DNA from: Gammaproteobacteria bacterium
GTDB lineage: Bacteria > Pseudomonadota > Gammaproteobacteria > Eutrophobiales > Eutrophobiaceae
Reading direction: 5' to 3'
Length of the DNA stretch: 64,000 bases
Assembly: GCA_965116495.1 (NCBI GenBank)
Contig: OZ220696.1
Coordinates: 4,277,125-4,341,124 of the forward strand
Positions within the stretch are counted from its first letter, which is position 1; each line of letters begins with the position of its first letter. Position numbers and translations under genes: made by a program. The notes beneath the pieces are model-generated. The model was given only the letters and a program-made list of their open reading frames with translations. It had not been told where the DNA came from and ran no database searches. Below, one piece after another: positions 41,714-53,022 of the stretch.

Positions 41714-44370
41714 CAGGCGGCCAGTTGCCGCAACACGTAATGCAGGATGCCGCCGTGGTTGTAGTACTCCCATTCTTTCGGGGTGTCCACCCGGACTATA
41801 GCGGTGAATGCTGTGGTGGTGCCGTCATCAGTGGTAGCGCTGACCGTGACTTCACTGGCGCCGGTCTCCAGGCCCTGGATGGAATAGGTTTCCCGGCCGC
41901 TCAGGCCCAGGCTGTCGGCGCTCTCGCCGGGTTGGAACACCAGCGGCAGTACCCCCATGCCGACCAAGTTGGAACGGTGTATGCGCTCAAAGCTGACCGC
42001 TATCACCGCGCGCACGCCGAGCAGCCTGGTGCCTTTAGCCGCCCAGTCCCGGGATGAACCGGTGCCGTATTCGCTGCCGGCCAGGACGATCAAGGGGATA
42101 TCTTCTTCCTTGTACTTCATCGCTGCCGCATAGATAGACATCTGTTCGGCGGAAGGCTGGTGTACGGTCCACCCTCCTTCGGTGCCCGGAGCGAGCTGGT
42201 TTCTCAGGCGGATATTGGCAAAGGTGCCGCGCATCATCACTTCGTGGTTGCCGCGCCGGGAACCGTACGAGTTGAAATCCACCGGCTTTACCCCGTTATC
42301 GATCAGGTACTTGCCCGCCGGCGTATCGGCCTTGATGGCGCCGGCAGGAGAGATGTGGTCGGTGGTTATGCTGTCGCCCAGCTTGACCAGTACCCTGGCG
42401 TCCCGTACCGGTTCAACCTTGCCCGGCGTGGCGCTCATGCCCTCGAAATACGGCGGGTTCTGCACGTAGGTGGAATCGTTATTCCATTGATACCTGTTGC
42501 TCTCCGTGACGTTGATGCCGGTCCAGTTGGCGTCGCCGGCGAATGCTTGCCGGTATGATTGGCGGAACATGTCCGAATCAATCGATGCCGCGATGACGGC
42601 ATTGATCTCGGCCTGGCTGGGCCAGATATCCTTCAGGTAGACGGCGTTGCCGCTTGCGTCGTGGCCCAGGGGGTCATTCTGCAGGTCGATATCCACCGTG
42701 CCGGCTATGGCGTAGGCCACCACCAGCGGCGGCGAGGCCAGGAAGTTCATTTTAACCTCGGCGTGTACCCGGCCTTCAAAGTTGCGGTTGCCGGAAAGCA
42801 CCGACGTTGCGACCAGGTCACCCTCCCGGATGCCGCGGCTGATTGCTTCCGGCAGGGGGCCGGAATTACCGATACAGGTGGTGCACCCGTAGCCGACGAT
42901 ATTGAACCCCAGTCTGTCGAGATCACCCGACAGTCCGGCCCGGTCCAGGTAGTCGCGTACCACCAGGGAACCCGGCGCCAGGCTGGTTTTTACCCAGGGT
43001 TTGACGCCCAGACTTAATTCGCCCGCTTTTTTTGCGACCAGGCCGGCGCCAATCATCACCGAGGGATTCGAGGTGTTCGTGCATGAGGTGATGGCGGCAA
43101 TGACTACTGCGCCGTCTTTCAGTTCGTAATTGCCGCCCTGCGGCGTTTCCACCCGGGCAACCCCGCCCCGTTGCCTGTCTTTGGTCATGTCGGCCAGGTG
43201 CCGGCGGAACCGGTCGCTCATATCCGCCAGGGGGATCCGGTCCTGGGGCCGTTTCGGCCCGGCCAGGCTGGGCGTTACCGTGCCGATATCAAGACCCAGG
43301 GTGGCGGAATAATCGGCTTCCGGCGTCGCCGCGTCGCGCCACATTCCCTGCGCCCTGGCATAAGCCTCGACCAGTTCTACCTGCTCTTCATCCCGGCCGG
43401 ACAGGCGCAGGTAGTTGACGGTTTCCCGGTCAATGGGGAAGATGCCGCAGGTGGCGCCGTATTCCGGCGCCATGTTGGCGATAGTCGCCCGGTCGGCCAG
43501 CGACAGGTTGTCCAGGCCGTCGCCGTAAAATTCGACAAACTTGCCGACCACGCCCTGTTCCCTGAGCATTTCAACCACGGTTAGGACCAGGTCCGTGGCC
43601 GTGGCGCCCTCCGGCAACGCGCCGCTGAGTTTGAAACCGACCACTTCGGGGATCAGCATGGTGACAGGTTGTCCCAGCATTGCCGCTTCCGCTTCGATAC
43701 CGCCCACGCCCCAGCCCAGTACGCCCAGGCCGTTGATCATGGTGGTATGGGAATCGGTGCCGACCACGGTATCGGGATAGGCTTCGATTACACCGTCAAC
43801 CTCCCTGGTGAACACCGTCCTGGCCAGGTACTCCAGGTTGACCTGGTGGACGATGCCGGTATCCGGCGGCACAACCTTGAAATTGGAGAACGCCTGCTGG
43901 CCCCAGCGCAGAAATTCATACCTCTCCCGGTTACGCTTGAATTCAATGGCAGCGTTGCGCTGCGCTGCATCGGCCGTACCGAAGACGTCCACCATCACCG
44001 AATGGTCGATGACAAGCTCAGCCGGCGACAGTGGATTAATCCTGTCGGGGTCGCCCCCCAGGGATTGCATGGCGTCGCGCATGGCCGCCAGGTCCACTAC
44101 CGCAGGGACGCCGGTAAAGTCCTGCATCAATACGCGGGCAGGGGTAAAGGCAATCTCCCGTTCCGGTTTTGCCTGGTGGTCCCAATCCGCCAGTGCGGCG
44201 ATATCGTCCGGCGTGATACCGGTCCCGTCTTCGTGGCGTAACAGGTTCTCCAGCAGGATTTTCAGGCAATAGGGCAGGCGCTCCATATCGTGCCTGCCGG
44301 CCAGCGCCTGCAGGGAGTAAATCCGGTAATTTCTGCCGTTTACATCTAGTGTTATTTTTGTATCGAGCAA
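41713..44370 (-). CDS. acnA: Aconitate hydratase A
   Basis: [55 protein letters not shown]. Confidence 0.97.
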   Translation of the reverse strand: MLDTKITLDVNGRNYRIYSLQALAGRHDMERLPYCLKILLENLLRHEDGTGITPDDIAALADWDHQAKPEREIAFTPARVLMQDFTGVPAVVDLAAMRDAMQSLGGDPDRINPLSPAELVIDHSVMVDVFGTADAAQRNAAIEFKRNRERYEFLRWGQQAFSNFKVVPPDTGIVHQVNLEYLARTVFTREVDGVIEAYPDTVVGTDSHTTMINGLGVLGWGVGGIEAEAAMLGQPVTMLIPEVVGFKLSGALPEGATATDLVLTVVEMLREQGVVGKFVEFYGDGLDNLSLADRATIANMAPEYGATCGIFPIDRETVNYLRLSGRDEEQVELVEAYARAQGMWRDAATPEADYSATLGLDIGTVTPSLAGPKRPQDRIPLADMSDRFRRHLADMTKDRQRGGVARVETPQGGNYELKDGAVVIAAITSCTNTSNPSVMIGAGLVAKKAGELSLGVKPWVKTSLAPGSLVVRDYLDRAGLSGDLDRLGFNIVGYGCTTCIGNSGPLPEAISRGIREGDLVATSVLSGNRNFEGRVHAEVKMNFLASPPLVVAYAIAGTVDIDLQNDPLGHDASGNAVYLKDIWPSQAEINAVIAASIDSDMFRQSYRQAFAGDANWTGINVTESNRYQWNNDSTYVQNPPYFEGMSATPGKVEPVRDARVLVKLGDSITTDHISPAGAIKADTPAGKYLIDNGVKPVDFNSYGSRRGNHEVMMRGTFANIRLRNQLAPGTEGGWTVHQPSAEQMSIYAAAMKYKEEDIPLIVLAGSEYGTGSSRDWAAKGTRLLGVRAVIAVSFERIHRSNLVGMGVLPLVFQPGESADSLGLSGRETYSIQGLETGASEVTVSATTDDGTTTAFTAIVRVDTPKEWEYYNHGGILHYVLRQLAA

Positions 44371-44421
44371 TGATATCTCCTTATCGCAGTTTTACTCTGA
44401 CCCCAAATATTTAACCGGCCT

Positions 44422-45081
44422 CTAGCCCGCAGTCTCGCGGCGGATGGTCGCCTTGATGATTTTCAGTTCCTCCATGGGTTTGCCGCTGCCGCTGCCGCGT
44501 TCCTCCAGGGCCTTCAGCGTCTGTATACCGTCAACAAGCTCTCCGAAAATCGTGTGCTTGCCGTCCAGGTATTGTGTGGGCACAAAAGTGATAAAGAACT
44601 GGCTGCCGTCCGTACCCGGACCCGCATTCGCCATGCTCAACAGTCCGGGGCGGTCGTGGGACAGACCCGCGGGAAACTCGCCCTCGTAACGATAACCGGG
44701 GCCACCGCGCCCGGTGCCGGTAGGGTCGCCGCCCTGCGCCATGAAGCCGGGGATTACCCGGTGGAACAGCACTTCATCGTAAAAACCCAGTTCGGTAAGG
44801 TATATGGTGCTACTTGCATGCATGGGGGTTTGATCATGGAACAGCAGGAAACTCATGTTTCCCATATTGGTTTCCATGTCCCAGTAGTATTTCTCGCCGG
44901 GTTTAAAATCCATCACCCCGGGTTTGTCGAGTTGCTGTTTCCAGTTCGGATTGGTTTTATCCACTTCTGCCGCGGTCTCAGGCCGAACCACCTCATCTTC
45001 CGCGATCTCCAGCGCCCGGTCGCAGGCCGATAAAATTCCGGGTGTTACGATAAACAACCATAACCTGTGTGCTTTAAGCAT
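44422..45081 (-). CDS. Cyclophilin-type peptidyl-prolyl isomerase, likely lipoprotein
   Basis: LSAC lipobox, FHRVIPGFMAQGGDP.G.G.GGPGY, SMANAGP.T.GSQFFIT. Confidence 0.92.
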   Translation of the reverse strand: MLKAHRLWLFIVTPGILSACDRALEIAEDEVVRPETAAEVDKTNPNWKQQLDKPGVMDFKPGEKYYWDMETNMGNMSFLLFHDQTPMHASSTIYLTELGFYDEVLFHRVIPGFMAQGGDPTGTGRGGPGYRYEGEFPAGLSHDRPGLLSMANAGPGTDGSQFFITFVPTQYLDGKHTIFGELVDGIQTLKALEERGSGSGKPMEELKIIKATIRRETAG

Positions 45082-45117
45082 AATTTATCCTCTGATTTTA
45101 GATTTAAATACCGATTT

Positions 45118-46230
45118 TCAGTTGCAAGACGCCTGAACCACATGCGGGTTAAAGACAGTTTCTATAACTCCGCCGCCCAGGCACAGGTTGCGCTCGTAGA
45201 AGACCGCGTACTGACCCGGGGTGACGGCTCTTTGCGGTCGGGAGAACTTCACTCTGACACTGCCACCATCGATAGTTTCGATTGTACAGGGTTGATCGGC
45301 CTGGCGGTAGCGCGTTTTTATGGAACATTCCAGGGGGAAGGCCGGCCCGCCTGCTATCCAGTTCAGGTTTGAAGCAACCAGGCAATCGCTGAACAGGGCC
45401 GGATGGTCATGGCCCTGGGCTACCGTGAGAACATTATTGCCGACATCCTTGGCAACCACGTACCAGGGTTTTTCCGGGTAAGCCTTGACCCCGCCAATGC
45501 CCAGGCCCTGGCGCTGGCCCAGGGTGTAGAAATGGACGCCTGTATGTTCGCCGATGTCCACGCCGTCTGTGGTGCGGATTGGACCTGTCCGTACGGGGAG
45601 ATAGTGACTGAGAAAATTGCGGAACGGGCGTTCGCCGATGAAGCAGATCCCGGTGCTGTCTTTTTTATCGTGGGTGATCAACCCGTGTTTTTTCGCCAGG
45701 GCGCGCACTTCAGGTTTTTTCAGCGTGCCCAGCGGGAACAGGCTCTGGCTCAACTGTGCCTGGTTCAGCCGGCACAGGAAATAACTCTGGTCCTTGTTCC
45801 GGTCTGCGCCTTTGTGCAGGTGGTGTTTGCCTGCATGGCGCCGGATGATCGCATAATGTCCGGTTGCGATCCGGGCGGCATCCAGTGACGCTGCATGGTC
45901 CATGAAGGCGCGAAACTTGATCTCCTGGTTGCATAATATATCGGGGTTGGGGGTGCGCCCCAGGCTATATTCATCCAGGAACTGCTGGAACACCTTGTGC
46001 CAGTAAGCCTCAGACAGATCCACGGTGTTCAGCCTGATGCCGAGTTTTTCGCATACCGCCAACGCGTCTTCCACGTCGGCTTCCCAGATACAACTGCCGC
46101 TTTCATCGCTCTCATCCCAGTTCTTCATAAACAGGGCTTCCACGTCATGGCCCTGTTCGAGCAGCAGTAATGCGGCCACGGAAGAATCGACTCCACCGGA
46201 TACCCCGACGATGATTTTCTCGGCTCCCAC
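45118..46230 (-). CDS. mnmA: tRNA 2-thiouridylase MnmA
   Basis: SGGVDSS, FMKNW, TPNPD..CN..IKF, ATGHY, KDQSYFL, DSTGICFIGER, TPGQ. Confidence 0.97.
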   Translation of the reverse strand: MGAEKIIVGVSGGVDSSVAALLLLEQGHDVEALFMKNWDESDESGSCIWEADVEDALAVCEKLGIRLNTVDLSEAYWHKVFQQFLDEYSLGRTPNPDILCNQEIKFRAFMDHAASLDAARIATGHYAIIRRHAGKHHLHKGADRNKDQSYFLCRLNQAQLSQSLFPLGTLKKPEVRALAKKHGLITHDKKDSTGICFIGERPFRNFLSHYLPVRTGPIRTTDGVDIGEHTGVHFYTLGQRQGLGIGGVKAYPEKPWYVVAKDVGNNVLTVAQGHDHPALFSDCLVASNLNWIAGGPAFPLECSIKTRYRQADQPCTIETIDGGSVRVKFSRPQRAVTPGQYAVFYERNLCLGGGVIETVFNPHVVQASCN

Positions 46231-46237
46231 TGGACTT

Positions 46238-49200
46238 TCAAGGGTAAATCGGCTGTGACGGGGGCGAGGCTTTTACCTGCTTGTCATCGGGGGGGTCTTT
46301 AAGTTTTTCTATTTTCGGGTTGTACCAGTTGCCGGTGATCGTGTACTGGTGGCGGAGCATTTTATCGATATTGTCGTTGATCGAATCGAACATGTTGCCG
46401 GCCAGGTACAGCACGGCACCGACTCCGATTCCTACCGGGCCCAGCAGGGCGCTGGCGATGGGCAGGTTATCGGCAAACTGTGGTGTGACGGTGACGAGCT
46501 GGTCATAATCCTGGTCGCTCAACCCGGTTCTGCCGCTGACCAGGACATCGGCGCTGGGTCCCGTCAGGTGCAGGTCGTTGGTATAGGCGTTGCCGCTGGT
46601 GATATTGAAACTGCCCGTTATGTTATCAAACGCCAGGCCCTTGCCGAACAGGTCGGTAAAGTCCAGCGTCAACCTCCTGGGCAGGGTCTGGATACTCAGC
46701 AGGCCGAACAATCTCCCCGCCGCGGGCGACACCTCCAGAAGCCGGCCCTTTTTTACCTTGATATCGAAGGTGCCAGACAGTTTGTCCAGTGAAAACTCAT
46801 CCGGCGAGCCTTCCCAGCCGGCATCGATGGAGATGTTTGTTTGGCCCGCTTTGATGGCGGCCGCGTCATAGCCGAAGGTGTCGAGCATCTTGTGGAATTT
46901 GTCGGCTTTTAAATTGATGGTAAAGTATGACCTGTTCCTGTTGAACGATTTTTCCCAGACTCCGGTACCCGTGATGGTCATCTCCGGCTTCTCAAACTCA
47001 ATTTCTTCAAAGGACAAGCCATTGGCAATGGGTGAGGCCGTAAGCTGCATGCTGCCGAGCTGGTAGTCCCCGTATGTCAGGTCGGCTATGACAGCCTTTA
47101 GCGCAGGAAGGATTTTCGGGTCTGCCTTGCCTGCGACATTATCGTCCTCGACTTTACTGATGACCAGTTTATCAAGGTTGACCTCTACCCTGTCTTCCGG
47201 GGACGGATCCCGGGGCAGGTAGATTTCACCTTCCAGGTTCTCCCCCTGTACGGCAATTCGCCAATTTCCCTTGATCCGGCTTGCCCGCAGACTGCTGTTA
47301 CTGAAAGATTGATTGAAGCCGTTCAACAGACCTGTTTCCAGGTCCAGGTTTATATTTGCCGAGCCGAAGAAACCGGTATCATCTCCCTGCGTACGGCCTG
47401 CAGGTTCCTGTTCGGCCGCAAAAAAGGCGATGGCGTCACGCCATTCTTCCAGTTGCAGTTTTTCCATGTACCCCGACAGGTTCACCCCGGCGCCTGTGGT
47501 CTCCGTCTGCAAGCCGCTTCCGAGGAAGACGTCCAGCCCCTGGAGTCCGTTCTCCCATCCGGGGTAGAACTTTGCCTGGATGCCTCCCTCAAATTTTAAT
47601 TCGGTCGGCGCCGTTTGCAGCAGGTTTTTACTGGAGGTCAGTATTCTCCTGGAGTAGGTCGGTTTCCAGAGCGGTTTCGGCAGGTTCAACGCCAGCCCGT
47701 ATAAATCCGAAGAGATTACAAGATTTTGAGCCAGCCCCTCAGCGGTCTGTTCGAAGGTAAACCGGGCTTGCCAATCCGTAGACCCGGATATGCGTTCCCC
47801 CAGCCTGCCGGCGAAATACGCTGCGCCGGGAAAACGGTCAACGATTTGTTCGATAATAAACTCATCTGTCGAGTGTCCCTTTATAGTAAAAGCGGGTGGC
47901 TTGTCAGGACTGTCCTTGGAGCCGGAAATGCTCAACGATACCGGTTGTCCTGCAAACACGGCGGCAAGGTCGCGCCCGAAAACGGAATCCCGGGTAAAGT
48001 CGAGCACACCGTTTACCCGCTCAAGCTCCACGTTGCCGGTGCCCGATACCAGTTTCGCCTCCTCCAGTTTGAGCGTTCCGGCAATGACGGACTGCAGTTG
48101 CGGCGCCCTTATGGGGATACTCATGTCCAGGTCCATGTCAAATGTGCCTGCCACCAGGGCCTTGTTGGCGTATTTGATTATCCTGTTGTGCGCCAGCGGG
48201 CTCCGTGAGATAAACAGTTCCAGGTCATTTTCCGGCCCCCTGACATTTCCATCGAGAATGACCACCTTGGGTCGTCTGGTCAGGTCCCGGATGATGCCGG
48301 TTGCGCCAGTGACTTCGGCGCCGAATACGTTGCCGGTATGGACGTTCGCCGTCATCAGTTCATTATCAAACAGGATCTCTACGTCAACATTATCCACGAT
48401 GGGCCAGTGCGGCGAGTATTCGACAATGCTCTGAGACAGGTTTACCACACCCCGCATCTGGCCGTTATGGTTTCTGAACGGGAACTCGTCCGCATAACCG
48501 CGGATGACGGCTACGGCTGAATCCACGTATCCCGCGTGCAGGGACCGTTCCATCCACTCCCTGATCCTGAATTTTGGCGTGTACGGCATATAGCTGAACA
48601 TGTTTTCCAGCCGTTCGCTGCGTATTTCGGCAACCAGGTCGAGATACGGTGACGAATATGCCTCGTCTATTTCGAAACCTCCCTTGACTGTCAGAGACAT
48701 GTCATTGTTATCCATGTAAAAATAGTCCGTATGCAGTTCCCAGCCGCGCACCGTTCGCGACCAGGAAAGCGTGCCGTCCATACGCTCAAACAGGAGTTGG
48801 TTGCTGTACAGGTCCGGTATGGCGAACCGTCCGCTTGTCCCGTCCAGAGCAACGCGGACCTGAGCATCTGACCCGCTTAACCTGCCTGACAGGATATTGA
48901 CTGACGGCCGGCCGGGACCCATACGCGCGTCAAGATTCCTGAAATGGAAATCGTAGACCAGGGGTTCCACCGAGTCGTCGCGCCGGTCATAGATGACCAT
49001 GCCATCAAGCAGTTCACTCCGGATTGATGCCGTATGGAGGATATCCCTGACCGCTTCGGGGACGAATTCCATGCCTGCAGCTATGGGCATGAAGTCGGCC
49101 AGGTTCAGGTAATCGAAACCCAGTGCGTGCCGGCGTCCTGATTTCGTCGGGATGATGAACTCAAGGTCTGCAACTGGCCAACTGCCGTTTTCCGACACCA

Positions 49201-50158
49201 TGCGGTCCAGTTTCAGGGAGAAATGCCAGTCCTTGCCCGCCAGTTTTTTGCCCTTGAAGCGTCCTCCCAGTTCGCTGACGTTGAGTGTCCCGGCAGCGGA
49301 TAATACGACAAAGTCATGGTACGCCAGGCGTCCCTGTACCTCGACAGGTTTTGCCTCTTCCCAACTGCTCCAGAGTTGAAGGTCTGCGCTGCCTCCGGCA
49401 GGCGTGAGCTGCTGAGGGCGAAACTCCCGGTACCAGCTGTCAGGGTTGATCTGCGTGGCTGCGGCGTAGAACTCCCCGGACCAGCCAGAAGACCACAGCT
49501 CTCCGGTGGCGTCAAGGGCAATACTCATCTTCTCGCCGTATTTTCCCGGGAGACTCAACTCCCCCGTTACCTGGGACCGGGCGCCGTCCGTCTGTATGGT
49601 CAGGCTGACATCGGTGAAATGAATGGGCGCCTGGCGGTGTTTGTGGTCAATCCAGGTGACGCTGGTGTCCTGGACCTCTATCCGGTCCTGCCCAAACAAC
49701 CAGTTGACGAATTCATTTTCCTGTTCGCTGTCTGTTCGGCCGATATTGACTTCCTCGACGAGCAGCGCCCCGTCGGCCAGGCGCGAGACTGACACGCTCA
49801 GGCCTGAAATTACAATCCGTTTGGGTACCGGTTGGAGTCTCCATAGAGAAACAAGGGGAGATATTTCCAGTTTTACGGCATCAAAACCGGTGATTTTTTT
49901 TGTGCCGTCCTGACTGCGCACGTGGACTCCCGTGAGCGACAGGCTGGGCGTCCACCCTTGCCACTCCGCACTGATGGAATCGACGCGGACAGTCTGTCCC
50001 ATGTATTGGCCGGTCCAGGTCTCGATTACGTCCTTGTACTGGCTGATACCCGGCAGGGCCAGGCGCATCCCGGTGATTGCAATTGCCGCCAGCAGGACAA
50101 CCGCACCGGCGAGATACAGGGTAGCCTGATATAGTCTCTTGTTGATTCTACGGGACAT
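46238..50158 (-). CDS. yhdP: YhdP family (AsmA-like) protein
   Basis: 1306 aa with N-terminal TM, FPF....G, GRL.GLLS...LPRRL.LDF.D.F.KG..FD.I.G; downstream of rng. Confidence 0.88.
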   Translation of the reverse strand: MSRRINKRLYQATLYLAGAVVLLAAIAITGMRLALPGISQYKDVIETWTGQYMGQTVRVDSISAEWQGWTPSLSLTGVHVRSQDGTKKITGFDAVKLEISPLVSLWRLQPVPKRIVISGLSVSVSRLADGALLVEEVNIGRTDSEQENEFVNWLFGQDRIEVQDTSVTWIDHKHRQAPIHFTDVSLTIQTDGARSQVTGELSLPGKYGEKMSIALDATGELWSSGWSGEFYAAATQINPDSWYREFRPQQLTPAGGSADLQLWSSWEEAKPVEVQGRLAYHDFVVLSAAGTLNVSELGGRFKGKKLAGKDWHFSLKLDRMVSENGSWPVADLEFIIPTKSGRRHALGFDYLNLADFMPIAAGMEFVPEAVRDILHTASIRSELLDGMVIYDRRDDSVEPLVYDFHFRNLDARMGPGRPSVNILSGRLSGSDAQVRVALDGTSGRFAIPDLYSNQLLFERMDGTLSWSRTVRGWELHTDYFYMDNNDMSLTVKGGFEIDEAYSSPYLDLVAEIRSERLENMFSYMPYTPKFRIREWMERSLHAGYVDSAVAVIRGYADEFPFRNHNGQMRGVVNLSQSIVEYSPHWPIVDNVDVEILFDNELMTANVHTGNVFGAEVTGATGIIRDLTRRPKVVILDGNVRGPENDLELFISRSPLAHNRIIKYANKALVAGTFDMDLDMSIPIRAPQLQSVIAGTLKLEEAKLVSGTGNVELERVNGVLDFTRDSVFGRDLAAVFAGQPVSLSISGSKDSPDKPPAFTIKGHSTDEFIIEQIVDRFPGAAYFAGRLGERISGSTDWQARFTFEQTAEGLAQNLVISSDLYGLALNLPKPLWKPTYSRRILTSSKNLLQTAPTELKFEGGIQAKFYPGWENGLQGLDVFLGSGLQTETTGAGVNLSGYMEKLQLEEWRDAIAFFAAEQEPAGRTQGDDTGFFGSANINLDLETGLLNGFNQSFSNSSLRASRIKGNWRIAVQGENLEGEIYLPRDPSPEDRVEVNLDKLVISKVEDDNVAGKADPKILPALKAVIADLTYGDYQLGSMQLTASPIANGLSFEEIEFEKPEMTITGTGVWEKSFNRNRSYFTINLKADKFHKMLDTFGYDAAAIKAGQTNISIDAGWEGSPDEFSLDKLSGTFDIKVKKGRLLEVSPAAGRLFGLLSIQTLPRRLTLDFTDLFGKGLAFDNITGSFNITSGNAYTNDLHLTGPSADVLVSGRTGLSDQDYDQLVTVTPQFADNLPIASALLGPVGIGVGAVLYLAGNMFDSINDNIDKMLRHQYTITGNWYNPKIEKLKDPPDDKQVKASPPSQPIYP

Positions 50159-50187
50159 GGTCTGACTAACCCGGATTTCTCACCGGG

Positions 50188-51729
50188 TTATAGCAACACG
50201 ATGTCATATTGTTCCCTGATATATAATGGTTCAACCTGAAAGGTAATCGGTCTGCCGATGAATTCCTCCAGTTCCGCCACGCTGGCAGACTCTTCGTCCA
50301 CCAGCATGTCCACGATTGTCTGCGCTGCTATTACCAGCAGCTTGTTACCGTCAAACTGCCGGACTTCACGCAGGATTTCCCTGAATATTTCATAGCAGAC
50401 GGTTTCCGGAGTCTTCATGGTCCCCCTGCCGTTACAGGTTGGACAAGGCTCGCACAGGATTTGTTCAAGACTCTCGCGGGTGCGCTTGCGCGTGAGCTGC
50501 ACCAGGCCCAGTGACGTGAACTCACTGATGGTAACTTTGGAATGATCCTTTTCAACACGTTTTTCCAGTGTGCGCAGTACCTGGCGGGCATGTTCCTGCT
50601 CCTGCATATCGATGAAGTCTATAATGATGATACCGCCGAGGTTGCGCAGGCGTAATTGTTTGGCTATGGCGTGGGCAGCTTCCTGGTTGGTCTTGTAAAT
50701 GGTTTCTTCCAGGTTTCTGTGACCTACAAACGCGCCGGTATTGACGTCTATGGTCGTCATTGCCTCGGTCTGGTCGATGACAAGGTGGCCGCCTGATTTC
50801 AACTGGACCTTGCGGTCCAGGGATTTTTGCATTTCGTCCTCTATGGAATAAAAATCCAGTATGGGCCGTTCACCGGAGTAGTATTCAATCCTGCCGAGGA
50901 AATCAGGAATGAAATGTTTGCTGAACTCCATGACCCGCTTGTAGGTTTCCTTGGAATCGATACGAATTTTTTCAACCTCGCCGTGAATTAAATCGCGCAT
51001 GGTGCGTATGACCAGGGGTAGGTCCTCATGGATCAGGGCGGGCGCGAAGGTGTTTTTTGCGCGGATGGAAATTGATCCCCACAACTTGTGCAGAAAGTCC
51101 ATATCCCTGTGCAGTTCTTCCTCGTCAGCGCCCTCCGCAGCCGTTCTTATTATGAATCCGCCCCTGGCCGGTTCCGGCTTCATGGTGTGTAACGCGGCAG
51201 CGCCGCCGCCCGCGCCCAGTGCAACAGGCTGGACGTCCGACTGGTAATGGCTGATTGCCTGGCGTAAACGTTTCCGCTCCACTTCATCCTCTATCCTTTG
51301 TGAGACACCGATAACGGCGTGGTTCGGAATAAACACCAGGTAGCGGGACGGGATGGAAATACGGGTGGTAAGGCGGGCGCCTTTGGCACCGATCGGGTCT
51401 TTCACGACCTGTAACAGTAATTCCTGGCCTTCGCTCAGCAAGGTGTCAATGGAATTTACCGCAAACGCGCCGGTGACGGAGTCGTCTTCCAGGTCTTCGA
51501 CGGTTTCAACCAGGTCCGAAACATGTAAAAAGCCGGTACGCTCCAGTCCGATATCGACAAAAGCCGACTGCATGCCGGGCAATACCCGGTATACGCGCCC
51601 TTTTATTATGTTTCCCACCAGGCCGCGTTTGCGGCTTCTTTCGATGTGAACGTCCTGCAGAACCCCGTTTTCGACCACCGCAACGCGGGTTTCATGGGGA
51701 GTGACATTAATGAGTATCTCTTCACTCAT
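50188..51729 (-). CDS. rng: Ribonuclease G
   Basis: MSEEILINVTP.ETRVA, VLPGMQ.AFVDIG, QTEAMTTIDVNTG, LRLRNLGGIIIIDFIDM. Confidence 0.96.
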   Translation of the reverse strand: MSEEILINVTPHETRVAVVENGVLQDVHIERSRKRGLVGNIIKGRVYRVLPGMQSAFVDIGLERTGFLHVSDLVETVEDLEDDSVTGAFAVNSIDTLLSEGQELLLQVVKDPIGAKGARLTTRISIPSRYLVFIPNHAVIGVSQRIEDEVERKRLRQAISHYQSDVQPVALGAGGGAAALHTMKPEPARGGFIIRTAAEGADEEELHRDMDFLHKLWGSISIRAKNTFAPALIHEDLPLVIRTMRDLIHGEVEKIRIDSKETYKRVMEFSKHFIPDFLGRIEYYSGERPILDFYSIEDEMQKSLDRKVQLKSGGHLVIDQTEAMTTIDVNTGAFVGHRNLEETIYKTNQEAAHAIAKQLRLRNLGGIIIIDFIDMQEQEHARQVLRTLEKRVEKDHSKVTISEFTSLGLVQLTRKRTRESLEQILCEPCPTCNGRGTMKTPETVCYEIFREILREVRQFDGNKLLVIAAQTIVDMLVDEESASVAELEEFIGRPITFQVEPLYIREQYDIVLL

Positions 51730-51817
51730 CGGCTTCAGCGCAAATATCAGGTCAGGATGGGAGACAATTATAACACATCGGCCGGGGTAGGGGTTAGGGG
51801 CCAGGGACCAGAGAGCT

Positions 51818-51907
51818 AATTTGGGACACCCACAAATTAACACTCTGCACCAATTTATGGGTGTCCCAAATTAGCAATTTTTAGCAATTTATGGCTGTCC
51901 CAAATTT
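51818..51907. repeat. Family A palindromic repeat, three arms, inside GGGGCCA/GGGACCA-type heptamer flanks
   Basis: aatttgggacacccacaaatt...aatttatgggtgtcccaaatt...aatttatggctgtcccaaatt. Confidence 0.85.
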
Positions 51908-51974
51908 ACCCTGGTCTCTAGCCCCTGGCTCCCAGGTGCGCTATACTGCCGTTTTGCAAGCGCGGGGACCCAAA

Positions 51975-52880
51975 ATGAATTACAGACTTTGTCGCCATGT
52001 CTTGGTTTTCCTGGGTATCCTGGTTTCTTCTGGCGTGCAGGCCGAGGAAGACCAGTACGCCGGAGTGGAGATACAGACCACGCAGGTTGCGCCGGGCATC
52101 TACATGCTGGTTGGCGAAGGGGGCAATATCGGCGTATCGGCCGGCGCAGACGGCGTATTCATGATCGACGACCAGTTTGCGCCGTTGACTGAGAAGATCA
52201 CGGCTGCCATCGCAGCCGTGTCGGACCGGCCAATCAGGTTCCTGGTCAATACCCACTGGCATGGTGACCATACCGGCGGCAACGAGAACCTGGGCAACCA
52301 GGGCGTCCTGATTGTAGCGCATGATAACGTCTACGAGCGTATGTCCAGGGATACGAAAATCGGTGCGTTCAACCACGTAGTACCGGCGGCCCCCAAAGCC
52401 GCGTTGCCGGTTATTACCTTTAACGATAACGTGACTTTCCGCCTGAATGGCGAAGAGATACGCGCCGTGCACTACAGACATTCCCATACCGACGGTGACA
52501 GTGTTATTCACTTCGTGAATGCCAACGTAATTCATACCGGTGATATCTGGTTTAACGGATACTACCCGTTTATTGACGTATCGAGCGGAGGTTCCATCGA
52601 CGGGGTGATCAGCAGTATCACGACACTGATTAACCTTATCGACGATGATACCCGGATCATCCCGGGACACGGCCCGCTCGGTGACAGGCAGGGCCTGCGG
52701 GACTACCTGGTGATGCTGGACGCGGTACGGGACAGGATGAACAAGCTCATTAGCGAGGGGAAATCCCTGGAACAGATCATCGAACTCAGGCCCAATGCGG
52801 ATTATGACGACGCCATGGGCAAGGGGTTTATCAATCCGGAGCAGTTCCTGCGCATCCTCTACAGCGACCTCACACGGTAA
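51975..52880 (+). CDS. Exported MBL-fold metallo-hydrolase (cyclase-like)
   Basis: Signal peptide, GGNIG, NTHWHGDHTGGN, HTDGD, H.GD, IPGHG. Confidence 0.88.
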   Translation: MNYRLCRHVLVFLGILVSSGVQAEEDQYAGVEIQTTQVAPGIYMLVGEGGNIGVSAGADGVFMIDDQFAPLTEKITAAIAAVSDRPIRFLVNTHWHGDHTGGNENLGNQGVLIVAHDNVYERMSRDTKIGAFNHVVPAAPKAALPVITFNDNVTFRLNGEEIRAVHYRHSHTDGDSVIHFVNANVIHTGDIWFNGYYPFIDVSSGGSIDGVISSITTLINLIDDDTRIIPGHGPLGDRQGLRDYLVMLDAVRDRMNKLISEGKSLEQIIELRPNADYDDAMGKGFINPEQFLRILYSDLTR

Positions 52881-52893
52881 CTTACTTATGGTA

Positions 52894-53009
52894 AATTACG
52901 AATTAGGAATTACTAATTACGAATCAGGAATTGGAGTACGTTGCTCTGGAGTTATCACGATACAAACCGCCGCAGGCGGCACATTCATTATTCCTAATTC
53001 CTAATTCTT
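52894..53009. repeat. Heptamer-terminated element, copy 2 (opposite orientation)
   Basis: Shares aattggag..tacgtt and aaaccg..ggcggcacattcatt with the reverse complement of 17500-17660. Confidence 0.8.
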
Positions 53010-53022
53010 AAAAGGGTTCCCT

